Origin: Candidatus Latescibacterota bacterium
GTDB lineage: Bacteria; Latescibacterota; UBA2968
DNA length: 64,000 nt
Direction of reading: 5' to 3'
NCBI GenBank assembly: GCA_965208125.1
Contig: OZ242320.1
Location: 1,824,001-1,888,000, forward strand
Shown here piece after piece: positions 1 through 8,579 of this stretch. The translations under genes and the position numbers were made by a program. A model generated the notes under the pieces. The model did not search any database and was not told where the DNA came from. It was given only the letters and a program-made list of their open reading frames with translations. Position 1 is the stretch's first letter; the number at the start of each line of letters is the position of its first letter.

Positions 1-306
1 CTCTTCTTTAGAATTAAGAAATCGGTCAATGTACTGTTCAAGTAGCTCCAAATCTTCTGTGAGGGATCCATATAAACGGTCGTCAAAGTCAAAGATAGTT
101 TCTTTTTGGGCTGGTGGGAGGTCTGGATCTGGTACAAGATCGTCAATTGAGCATCCTATGGTATAAGCCCATTGTTTCAATAGATCAATAGGGATATCTC
201 CGCTGGCCTCATATCTGGATACCCGGGCCTGAGTAATCTTAAGAGCTTCCGCAAGGTCCTTTTGCTTTAATCCCGATTCTTTTCGAAGGTCTGCTAGATT
301 CTTCAT
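1..306 (-). CDS. XRE/Cro-family HTH protein, N-terminal part (continues beyond window start)
   Basis: Not in ORF track. Hand translation from ATG at 306 (RBS AAGGAG upstream) gives MKNLADLRKESGLKQKDLAEALKITQARVSRYEASGDIPIDLLKQWAYTIGCSIDDLV..., an HTH_3 pattern. The frame stays open to base 1, so it is probably a multidomain fusion. Confidence 0.85.
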   Translation of the reverse strand, partial: MKNLADLRKESGLKQKDLAEALKITQARVSRYEASGDIPIDLLKQWAYTIGCSIDDLVPDPDLPPAQKETIFDFDDRLYGSLTEDLELLEQYIDRFLNSKEE

Positions 307-365
307 AATTAAGTCTCCTTTTGGGTACGTTGTACCATCTGCGAAGATGGCACAACGTGGAAAAA

Positions 366-674
366 TTACCTACCAGCCTTTCGACCACCACCGCCAGCTC
401 TTTGGTTCAGTGGAGGATTATGCTGGACAATCTTGGCTTGCTCATGGACACGGCGAGTTGTAGATGTACTTCTGCCATCCGCTCTCTGCCAGGCAAAAGT
501 ATGGGTCTCACGCGGTGCCAGGCCCGTACGACGATGTTCTCCAATTCTGCGATTCAGGTTCACAGTTTCCCCAAAGTAATCCACCTTGCCACTTTCATTA
601 TTGATGGCACGATAGAATCCGGGGGCATTGGGCGGCTCTTGCGTAGAGGGCCGCCCGCGTTTAGTAATGGCCAT
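366..674 (-). CDS. Small stand-alone GIY-YIG nuclease-like protein
   Basis: PGFY...DYFGETVNLNRRIGEH...E...NPPLN matches the GIY-YIG motif order; RBS TAGGAGG upstream. Confidence 0.75.
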   Translation of the reverse strand: MAITKRGRPSTQEPPNAPGFYRAINNESGKVDYFGETVNLNRRIGEHRRTGLAPRETHTFAWQRADGRSTSTTRRVHEQAKIVQHNPPLNQRAGGGGRKAGR

Positions 675-704
675 AAAAGACCTCCTAAAAAAGGATTGAG
701 ATTG

Positions 705-934
705 TGGGCTACCAGTTGCTCCGGTAGCCCGTGACTTACCGGCAGTTATACCGCCATCGCGGCGAAGTGCTGTCCGACGGTGATCAAAACCGTAGCGATG
801 ACGCTGTACAACACTTTGAGCAGTAGTGCGTGCATAGCTTTCTCCTTTTGGTTACGCTGGCTGTCCGAACAGGAAGAGCCAGAAAAGATGAGAGTTATGG
901 GCTACCAGTTTCTCCAGTAGCCCACGACTTACCG
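705..934 (-). repeat. Two 37-nt direct repeats (705-741, 898-934), each forming a GGGCUAC-GUAGCCC hairpin
   Basis: tgggctaccagttgctccggtagcccgtgacttaccg vs tgggctaccagtttctccagtagcccacgacttaccg, 33/37 identical; each lies just downstream of a micro-peptide stop codon. Confidence 0.9.
746..835 (-). CDS. 29-aa hydrophobic micro-peptide (copy 2)
   Basis: Hand translation MHALLLKVLYSVIATVLITVGQHFAAMAV*; RBS AAGGAG; paralogous to 935-1039. Confidence 0.7.
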   Translation of the reverse strand: MHALLLKVLYSVIATVLITVGQHFAAMAV

Positions 935-1039
935 CTACTGTGGCGGACGTCTATCTGCCATCGACGCGACGTGCTGCCCTATGGCCACTATGGCCGCGGC
1001 GAGAGCACTATACAGCACTTTTTTCCCAAGTGCTTTCAT
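935..1039 (-). CDS. 34-aa hydrophobic micro-peptide (copy 1)
   Basis: Hand translation MKALGKKVLYSALAAAIVAIGQHVASMADRRPPQ*; RBS AAGGAGG; shares KVLYS...GQH...MA with copy 2. Confidence 0.7.
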   Translation of the reverse strand: MKALGKKVLYSALAAAIVAIGQHVASMADRRPPQ

Positions 1040-1103
1040 GATTTTCCTCCTTTGCTATGCCCGCTACGCATTTCTGCGGGAAAAATGAAATGTGATTTCC
1101 CAT

Positions 1104-1132
1104 AAAGTAATATTGAAATTTTATTTTGTCAA
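1104..1132 (-). promoter_or_regulatory. Putative sigma70 promoter for the peptide-peptide-GIY-YIG-XRE operon
   Basis: Minus strand TTGACA (1132-1127), 17-nt spacer, TACTTT (1109-1104), in an AT-rich divergent intergenic region. Confidence 0.55.
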
Positions 1133-1431
1133 GTTATTTTTATTAATAATTGAGAAAAATTTATTGATTTAATCCTTAAAGCATAATCCCTACTTAATAT
1201 AAACGATAATTGATGGTTAATCGGATTACGGTGCGCCCACAATGTATTTTCCAATCACAAAACCCCGCGTTATTCGTTTCAGAGGGCGCACTCTTATTGA
1301 TGTTATGCCCGCCCGCAGGTCTTCAAAAGATATGCGACACCCCAAAGCGCAAGGATGTCTAAATGTCTGCGGGCGGTCAGCACTGGTGTTGGCCGTTGGG
1401 TTCAGGCTGTTGCTTCTTTCAGGAGGTTGTC

Positions 1432-2251
1432 ATGTCAGGTTCGTCGTTTGTGGTTCCGTCGGCTGTGTTCTCGGGGTTGTCCGCTCTGTCTGGCCCCGTG
1501 GCTGTTGTGGGGTCGCGTTCTTTGCCGTCTGCGGCGTTGCTTTCGGTTGCTCGGTTCGGTCGTTGGGTGGGTCGTTCTCGTCCGCTCTGGTCCGGTGGGG
1601 CGTTGGGCGTTGATAGCGCTGCGTCTGCTGGTGCTCTGGCGCAGGGTGGTCAGGTGTGCTGGTGGTTGCCGGCTGGGTTTGGCGAGTTGGCCGCTGGGTC
1701 TTCGTCGCCTGTTGTTCGTGGCCCGGGTGGGGTCTTTCCCGTCTCGGCGCCCCGTCAGTTGGCTCGTTCTGTTCGGTGTGTTGCCTGGTCGGGTGGGCCG
1801 TCTTCCGCTTCTGTGCCTTTCAGCGAGCGGTTGTTCCAGCGGTCGGTTTCGCTTCTTCTCTCGCTTCGTGGTGCGGGTGGTGGGTCTGTGGTCTGCTTCA
1901 TCTCTCAGGTTGCTCTTTCGGCTCGGCGTGGTGGGTCCTGGTTCACTGTCCGTCGTGCTTTGGGGCTTGGGTTCCGGCCTGGCCGCGTCGTTGTTCGTTG
2001 TGCTCGTTGGGCCTGGCGGTTTTTCGCTTTTGTCGCCGGGGGCTGTGGTGTCCGCCTTTTTCGCTCCCTCTTCTTCTCAGCAGTCTCTCTTCACTCCCGA
2101 GCAGCTCGTGGGTGCGCGTCCGTCTCTCTTCCCGCCGGTGTCTCCTTCTGGGTCCCGTCGCGATCCGCATGGCGAGCGGTTTGATTCTCAGTCCGTGTGT
2201 GGGCCGTTGTCTCAGGCGTTCTGGCTCGGTTTCCGGTTCAGGTCTGGTTAG
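1432..2251 (+). CDS. DprA/SMF-like (SLOG superfamily) protein, extremely adenine-poor, probable frameshift near 1987
   Basis: RBS AGGAGG then ATG 1432; VAVVGSR, SGGALGVDSAA and GGSWFTVRRA are the DprA/SLOG Rossmann motifs. This frame stops at 2184, but another frame (ending 2251) carries a more plausible tail, SLFVVLVGPGG...QQSLF. Confidence 0.7.
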
Positions 2252-2418
2252 GGTTTCTGGCCCTTCGGCCGCGGTCCATGTGTCGCATGTATGGCGATAA
2301 TTATGCGTGCATTTGTCGCCTTCTATACGTCAGTTGTCCACAAAAAGATACCGCGCTCCCGATAGCAGGAACGCGGCACTGAGTTGTTTTAGGGAATTAT
2401 ATCCAATGTTAGCCAATA

Positions 2419-3230
2419 TCAAAACTGTGATTCTTTTGCTTTTTTGGTTCTTTCAGCTTCCCTTTTTTCGCTTTGGGAACTCCTATGCTGCCAATAGCCT
2501 TGAAAACGGTATTCAAGTTCTAATTGGTTGAAATCTCCAACTCTTTTAAAGGAGAGGCGAATTTCTTTAAGTTGCCATTTGTTATCCGCATCAAAATCGG
2601 ATTTTCTCCAAAGTTCACTATCGGAATCTTGCGCCACGCGTACCTGTTCAGCCTGATCAAAAATAAACATACCCGGTATCTTCAGCCCGAACCCCTCTTT
2701 ACCATACTTCCTTCTTATACTAATCGTAAGAATTAAGTTTGCCTGGTCTATTGCCTGCTCAAGCTGTCGCAGAGTCGGGAAAAGGATTTCCCTCCTACTA
2801 CTGCTTACTGTTGGAGCGGCATCCCTGCCGCGATCACCCAATTTCGAGAACCTAATGCAAGATTTCTATATCTGATTAGTATTAGAATGTCGCGTATTTC
2901 CCAATACTTCAATCTTGGGTTATCAATCTCCCATTCCAAACGGACGGCCAGAAGTCCACTCTTTGGCAAAATTTCAAAATTTATGTACTTGGCATCCTTT
3001 GGCATTTTGGGATTTCGGACATAAAAAGATTCAAGCCCGAATACCGTCGTGCCCCCGAGGTTCTCAATAGTGCCAAAGTCCAAAGCGCGAATTTCATCAA
3101 TAGTCATCCCCTTCTTGAGTCCAAAAATATCTGCGTCTCTGGCGTCGCCATACGCCAGAGTGAACACACAGACCACCCAAATTGAAATTGTCCACGCAAG
3201 ACCTATACGTTTCAACAGTGAAACCTTCAT
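2419..3230 (-). pseudogene. Exported hypothetical protein split by a 162-bp insertion
   Basis: Signal-peptide-like N-terminus and FGLKKGMT motif. Removing 2719-2880 plus one AT copy joins ORFs 2805-3281 and 2419-2841 in frame (...WEIRDILIRRKYGKEG...), giving ~215 aa. Confidence 0.75.
2719..2880. mobile_element. MITE-like insertion carrying REP-like palindromes
   Basis: Ends ACTAATC...GATTAGT flanked by AT on both sides. Internal motifs gtcgggaaaaggatttccctcctac and gagcggcatccctgccgcgat also occur, partly, at 37372-37456. Confidence 0.75.
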
Positions 3231-3556
3231 AGCTATTTCTCTTATTCGCATAGCGATTCCAACCACGTCCATGCCAAGCATCTTTCCAGATAGACGGTAT
3301 CAAATGTGGCATTTGATGGCAGTGCGCTTGGTCGGGTAAGCCACACCTTGCAGTGTGCCGTGTTCTATTCGATCACCTCAACCGCCATTTCGATCATTGC
3401 GTCACCTGTTGGCATCCTCCACCACAGTCCCACCGTCAGCCCTTGGGCATTTTTCTGTTCGGTTGCCTTGATATACCAGTCCGAAGGCGTCAAGGCGACG
3501 TGGGCGGAATTACCCGCTTTATTGCACTTTTTGGGGATAACCCGCCTGGAGCTTCA

Positions 3557-4714
3557 TCAACTTGTCCAACCGGCAGGATCACTATCGGATAGACAGGAGA
3601 AAAACTGGACATGTCCGCAGTGGTCACAGACAAAGACCTTAAAGGATTGGCTTCCCTTTGGTTCCAACCCAAAATTGCTTATAGCAATGGGATTTCCTCT
3701 ATTTATAGCCAGTTTGTAAATCCCGAAACCACAAACTCTGCATGGGCGACGTACAGTATCGCTCATTCGATCACCGCCAAGTTTCAAGACTTCGAGGAGG
3801 ACGTCAATCTCGTAGAGCAAGATCCTCGCATTTTTGAGGCAATCCCGTTCACGTTCAACAATGCATTTATCAAGCAAACCATTGAGAAGTCTCATTTCAG
3901 GTCTGCCGGGGAACATTGCCTCAATATTGTTCCCTGGTTCGCGGTGATACCAAAGATGTAAAAACGGCTTGCCCGATACTATTGCCCAGATGACTTTACC
4001 CAATGAAAATACATCGAAACTGGGGTTTATATCTTCTATGCGCCTGCGCATAGCCCATGGTGGCATCCAGTCGGTACTTCCCACGTTTTCAAGGGTGCCA
4101 CTGATTCTCGTATGTCCTGGATCCTCAAAGAACACGAGACCAAAGTCGCCGAGTACCAATTGTTCGTTCTCATCTACAAAAATGTTCTCTGGCTTGATGT
4201 CGCGATGAACGATTTGCTTTTCGTGTAAGGAGGCAACCCCTTCAACGATCGGTCGAATTGCAGTGAGGGCATGTTTTACTTGTCCGGTGTACCGATCAGA
4301 CCTGTTTTTCAAGGTTCCTTTTGGATAGTATTTCGAGACGAACCACTTTTCCTCAAAGTTGAGATCCACAACCTCCAGAAGGTTTGGGTGGTCGGCTTGC
4401 TGCATAGCTTCCAACTCGCGTTTTAGCCGTTCCTCTGCATCATCGAAATTCTGGGCTTCATCCGGCGAGTGTAGAATTTTGAGCGCACCGTGATTCACAG
4501 GGTTTTCAGCCTGCACAATTTCGGAAATGATTTTTCGCATCAACTTCATTGCCTTCGGGGCATTGTATAGTTGACCGGCCTGTTGGACTGCCTCAAATAA
4601 AGTATCCGCAAGGTCGTCCAAAGGGACCTCATGCTTATCCAAGACACGGATGACCTTCCCCTGTCCACCTTCACCAATCTCTTCAATTTCCTCCCAACGA
4701 TTTTCGTATTTCAT
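3557..4714 (-). CDS. Hanks-type Ser/Thr protein kinase with C-terminal Zn-ribbon
   Basis: GEGGQGKV, ALK, HRDIKPENI, DFG, DVFSLG; C-terminal CRVC...CDHC. Confidence 0.92.
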   Translation of the reverse strand: MKYENRWEEIEEIGEGGQGKVIRVLDKHEVPLDDLADTLFEAVQQAGQLYNAPKAMKLMRKIISEIVQAENPVNHGALKILHSPDEAQNFDDAEERLKRELEAMQQADHPNLLEVVDLNFEEKWFVSKYYPKGTLKNRSDRYTGQVKHALTAIRPIVEGVASLHEKQIVHRDIKPENIFVDENEQLVLGDFGLVFFEDPGHTRISGTLENVGSTDWMPPWAMRRRIEDINPSFDVFSLGKVIWAIVSGKPFLHLWYHREPGNNIEAMFPGRPEMRLLNGLLDKCIVERERDCLKNARILLYEIDVLLEVLKLGGDRMSDTVRRPCRVCGFGIYKLAINRGNPIAISNFGLEPKGSQSFKVFVCDHCGHVQFFSCLSDSDPAGWTS

Positions 4715-4980
4715 TTACGGCCCTCCTATTTTGTCTTGTCAGATGACACTCATTACTGAGACAGACTATGAACGAGAAAGATATGCAGTGGATCTCGCCC
4801 GTCGATGTTCCGAGCAGGCCGACTCGAGTCGAGAAATTGAACGATCAGAGTAGTAAACTGAATGCCGATGATCCAGCGTTGGCCGACCGCAACACTGCTC
4901 TCGATATTGATCAAGCGCGTGTTCATCTGCTCGACAATCCCCTCAACGCGAGAAAGACGTGCATCAAACTATAGAGTCGT

Positions 4981-5331
4981 TCATTTTTTGATCTTGATAA
5001 CGACAATATAAGGAAGCCCATCATTGTTTGGCACAAATTCAGCCCTGTATTTGTGAGGATTCTGCCATGACCAGGGTATTCCCCCACCTTCATTTTCCAT
5101 CCATTGTTTGAATTTGTCTGGACAGTCTGTGAACTTAAATGACGGGTCATGACTCCAGTTTAAAATAGATTTTAGAACAAGGGGAGTTTCATCATTTTTG
5201 GGAAGCCAGAAATTAACTTCCCGAAGATCCTTTAAATAATCGATAATCCTGTTTCTGTTGGTAATAGCAAAGAAATAACTGTTGCCGCTTCCGCGAGCCG
5301 TTAATTCGATCCTCTTACTTATGTTAGTCAT
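4981..5331 (-). CDS. Hypothetical protein
   Basis: 116-aa ORF with GAGGAGG RBS, co-oriented with neighbours. Confidence 0.6.
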   Translation of the reverse strand: MTNISKRIELTARGSGNSYFFAITNRNRIIDYLKDLREVNFWLPKNDETPLVLKSILNWSHDPSFKFTDCPDKFKQWMENEGGGIPWSWQNPHKYRAEFVPNNDGLPYIVVIKIKK

Positions 5332-5422
5332 TAGAGCCTCCTCGCTGGCTACGGGTTTTTTATCCGAGTTTGATGAGAATGAGCATGCCGGGCGTCGGTG
5401 ATTAGCATTATGTATTTTTGAG

Positions 5423-6028
5423 TCAGAGATCCTTCAATTCCTCCTCGCAGATACAAAAAAAGTCTTCAATCTCATAAGGCTCAAGATTGCTCGAAATTGG
5501 CTCTGGTATGTCCTCAATTGATAATGATTTTTGTCTGTGATTTAGCCCAAGAGCCTTTGCACCGATCTTCGCCCCACTGTGCAGATAGATGACCTTCGGA
5601 TATAAGCCAAGTTTTGCCCCAATTCTCAGTGAGATGTCATAAATAGTCAGACAGCCAATGTCTGGGACAGTTATTATTATGCTATACACAAGTTCTCTTA
5701 AATCTTCAAAGTTTTTGCACATTTTGATTTTATCCTGAACACCAAGGAGTCTCCTCGCTGATTCATCAAGCGCAGACTGGGTTCTTCTTTTTTGGTGTGC
5801 ATGTCGTTTCCCATCAGGCCGGAGGCTGAGTGCGGCAATTCTAATCGCATCATTTAGAGTCTGATGATCATAATATCTGAAGTATTCCTTCATTCTATCC
5901 CTGTGTTCGTCAATGTAATAGAAGACAAGAGCACCAAGAGTCAAATCTCTTTGCCCTCTATTCTTGGAACTACAATTGAACGCCTCAACAGGCTTGGACG
6001 TTGAGCAATCCATATCATCAAAATTCAT
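5423..6028 (-). CDS. Hypothetical protein, possible HhH-like DNA-binding/modification fold
   Basis: RBS AAGGAG before ATG 6028; VPDIGCLTIYDISLRIG resembles a helix-hairpin-helix motif. Confidence 0.55.
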   Translation of the reverse strand: MNFDDMDCSTSKPVEAFNCSSKNRGQRDLTLGALVFYYIDEHRDRMKEYFRYYDHQTLNDAIRIAALSLRPDGKRHAHQKRRTQSALDESARRLLGVQDKIKMCKNFEDLRELVYSIIITVPDIGCLTIYDISLRIGAKLGLYPKVIYLHSGAKIGAKALGLNHRQKSLSIEDIPEPISSNLEPYEIEDFFCICEEELKDL

Positions 6029-6273
6029 TTTCAACTCCTTTACATGTTTTGAAAACGTTTCACCAAAACAAAAAGTGTAGCAACGATGAAAGTTTGTCAA
6101 CCGCATTTCAACAACTTGCCAGAGATTGCTTTTTCTGACTTAAAATCTCCACATGCGTTTTTTTTCGCGCTATCAATATATATTACAGGTTGCCAATTGC
6201 ACAGGACTTGCGTTTCTTGTTCCTAGACCGGCAGCGCAAGTCTCCCAACTATAACCTGAAGAAAGGAGAAACA

Positions 6274-7176
6274 ATGAACGAACAAACGACAAATCCACGC
6301 ATCATCATTGATGCAAGCTATATTCGCGAGACGAGCAATGGTGAGCCGTTTCGTACTATATGTGAACAAGGTGGGCGCATCGTGATTACTGATACCCTAA
6401 TATGGGAACTTGTTACCGCTGATCCCCCACAATTGCGTCCATCAATGAAGAAACTGAAGGCGAGTGTGGATACTATCGAAATCTGGAAACATGTACATGT
6501 GATGTGGAGGGAAGAACTTAAAATGAGCTGCCCTTACGGCGATCCATTGTCTCCCGAAGTAACAGCACTCTGGCAAACATATATAGAAACAGAAGATGCT
6601 TCAATGCTTCGACCTCTTGAAGCACCAAGTGAGCAAGAAAAGCAAACAAGAGAAGATAAGTCTATAATTGAATTCTTTCAACAACTTGCATGTAATTTTT
6701 CACTATCTGAGAAGTACCGGAAAAAAATCGAAAATCAGCCAAGCAATAAAGAAGAAGTCGTGCATCATTGCTTTAACTTCGTCAATGATCCAGATAATAT
6801 CCGGTCAATAGGAATACGTACTATTATCAAAGTGGCGGTGGAGGAAGGTTTAGATGTCTTAGTAACCCCTGAGGACGTGGATGATACTTGGGTTTTATGG
6901 CATTTCGCTAAATCGCTTCTTGTCATATTCTGCGACAGCTTACGACGAGGTGAAAACGCGCTTAAGGAAATACCCCCCGGATTAGAAAAACGTCTAAAAA
7001 ACACAGGACAAGATTTAAACTATTTGACTGAATTGGCATTTGCAGATGCTCTTGCCTCTTTCGATAAGCGCGAGATGTCTTACTATCGAAAGTGGATGTT
7101 TGACGATGCAAAACCGCGACTGCGTTCACTTAAACGAGACAAAATCGTTCGTTTTATGGAGGAACTCAACGCCTGA
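6274..7176 (+). CDS. Hypothetical protein with PIN-like acidic signature
   Basis: RBS AAAGGAG; IIIDAS near the N-terminus, TLIWEL, and C-terminal QD...ASFD spacing typical of PIN folds. Confidence 0.55.
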   Translation: MNEQTTNPRIIIDASYIRETSNGEPFRTICEQGGRIVITDTLIWELVTADPPQLRPSMKKLKASVDTIEIWKHVHVMWREELKMSCPYGDPLSPEVTALWQTYIETEDASMLRPLEAPSEQEKQTREDKSIIEFFQQLACNFSLSEKYRKKIENQPSNKEEVVHHCFNFVNDPDNIRSIGIRTIIKVAVEEGLDVLVTPEDVDDTWVLWHFAKSLLVIFCDSLRRGENALKEIPPGLEKRLKNTGQDLNYLTELAFADALASFDKREMSYYRKWMFDDAKPRLRSLKRDKIVRFMEELNA

Positions 7177-7209
7177 AGGTTATTAAGTCTCTAAAAATCT
7201 CGATTACAG

Positions 7210-7250
7210 AAAAAAGACCGTTGATCAGTTGTGATTGACGGTCTTTCCTT
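7210..7250. terminator. Probable bidirectional intrinsic terminator
   Basis: aaaaaagaccgttgatc...gattgacggtctttcctt hairpin between convergent genes. Confidence 0.6.
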
Positions 7251-7287
7251 GTCCGTGTAAGAAACCATAAATGTTCACGGGACTGAA

Positions 7288-8394
7288 TTAGTCGCTCCGT
7301 TGTATTCTTTCGAGAAACCCGATATGCACCTGCTTCACTTGATCCAAAAATTCGCTAAATTCGCTCACATTCATTTCCTTAAGATTCGCAGTATCAATTG
7401 ATCCGACGGTGCATTCATTACCCCTCCTCATTTGAACTTTTCCGGTACAAAGTCCTTCTTGTTGGCGGGCTTCTTTGAAGCGATTTCGGTATTCATGTAC
7501 CACATCATAGTTTTCCCCGGCGTTGTTAAGGGAAATCATCAGCCGCAGCGGTTTCCATGAATCAAGTCGCCAATATAGATGCTTTGAGAACCAGTACTGC
7601 GTCCACGCACTACCACCCACATTTTTCCCCCTACCCAAGCCGTTCCAAATCCACTCCCAGTCTGGCTCCCTGGACAATTTGTCGGAGATAAAGTGCTCCC
7701 ATTCGCCATCCACGTTTCTCAGCACCTTACGGAGCTTCCGCATGAACTCCCATTGCACATAGTCTTGGTCAAGGTCCCATATCTCTTGGGCCTCGGCTCT
7801 CTTTTGTATCTTGTCGTTCAGATATTCTGTATACTGGCGCAGAATCTCGTTTTCCCGAATTGCATCCTGATGACAGTCGAGGAAATTTCTCAGATCTTTC
7901 GCTGCAAACAAGAAATATTTGTTCTTCTTAACGGCCCATCTTTCATCATTGAACACATACCCAGTCTTGAAATAGACAGGCTTAATTAGATCTTCTTTCT
8001 CTGCATCCTGACTGATAGAATCCAGATATCGTGCCAGTTGGTTACTGTGATCCCGCGTGTTTATTTTGTCTTCAATGAGGAAAGAGACCTTCTTCCCATC
8101 TACTCTGGCCTGGAAGTACACATCGATCTGATTGTACTGAGTGTAGGGCTTTCCCACATCGCTCACTTCGCAAGGCCCATTGTAGGGAGGAGCTATTCGC
8201 TTGCCGTCGGGGTCCAACACTGGAATGTCCCTGGTCCCATTCAATGCGCCTGCTCGAAAGAGCACGCGAACGAATGCCAACCCACACTTCTGGAGATTGC
8301 CAGTGGCCTCGGTGGCACAAGCAACAAGCCAGCAGATAAATGCGTCCTGCGAGAGTTCGCTTGTAGCGTAAGAGAAGATATTAGGAGTACTCAT
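7288..8394 (-). CDS. PD-(D/E)XK nuclease family protein
   Basis: PNIFSYATSELSQDAFICWL N-terminus, IDVYF...FLIEDK...QLARY nuclease motif. Confidence 0.85.
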   Translation of the reverse strand: MSTPNIFSYATSELSQDAFICWLVACATEATGNLQKCGLAFVRVLFRAGALNGTRDIPVLDPDGKRIAPPYNGPCEVSDVGKPYTQYNQIDVYFQARVDGKKVSFLIEDKINTRDHSNQLARYLDSISQDAEKEDLIKPVYFKTGYVFNDERWAVKKNKYFLFAAKDLRNFLDCHQDAIRENEILRQYTEYLNDKIQKRAEAQEIWDLDQDYVQWEFMRKLRKVLRNVDGEWEHFISDKLSREPDWEWIWNGLGRGKNVGGSAWTQYWFSKHLYWRLDSWKPLRLMISLNNAGENYDVVHEYRNRFKEARQQEGLCTGKVQMRRGNECTVGSIDTANLKEMNVSEFSEFLDQVKQVHIGFLERIQRSD

Positions 8395-8579
8395 GAAACC
8401 CTCCCTATTGTCGATGTCTTTCTGCGGATGATTGTCTTGGCAAAGGGCGACCGCCATCGCTCTTTACTGCCCAACGCTTATAAGCCTGAAAAACGGCAAA
8501 GTTCAGTATGAAAAATATCTATACCTTTTATAAATCAATACTTCGGACAGTTTTAGGTGTAGAGATTCTTTGAAATCAA

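Noticed and set aside
705-934. 37-nt repeats as a mini CRISPR array
   Set aside because: Only two copies, the ~156-nt spacer encodes a peptide, and there are no cas genes.
1432-2251. Diversity-generating retroelement as the cause of adenine loss
   Set aside because: No reverse transcriptase and no TR/VR pair differing at adenines is visible in the window.
1242-2300. Several long overlapping plus-strand ORFs (1242-1613, 1355-2251, 1656-2300) suggesting overprinted genes
   Set aside because: All stop codons contain A, so A-depletion opens every frame. Only the 1432 frame has an RBS and family motifs.
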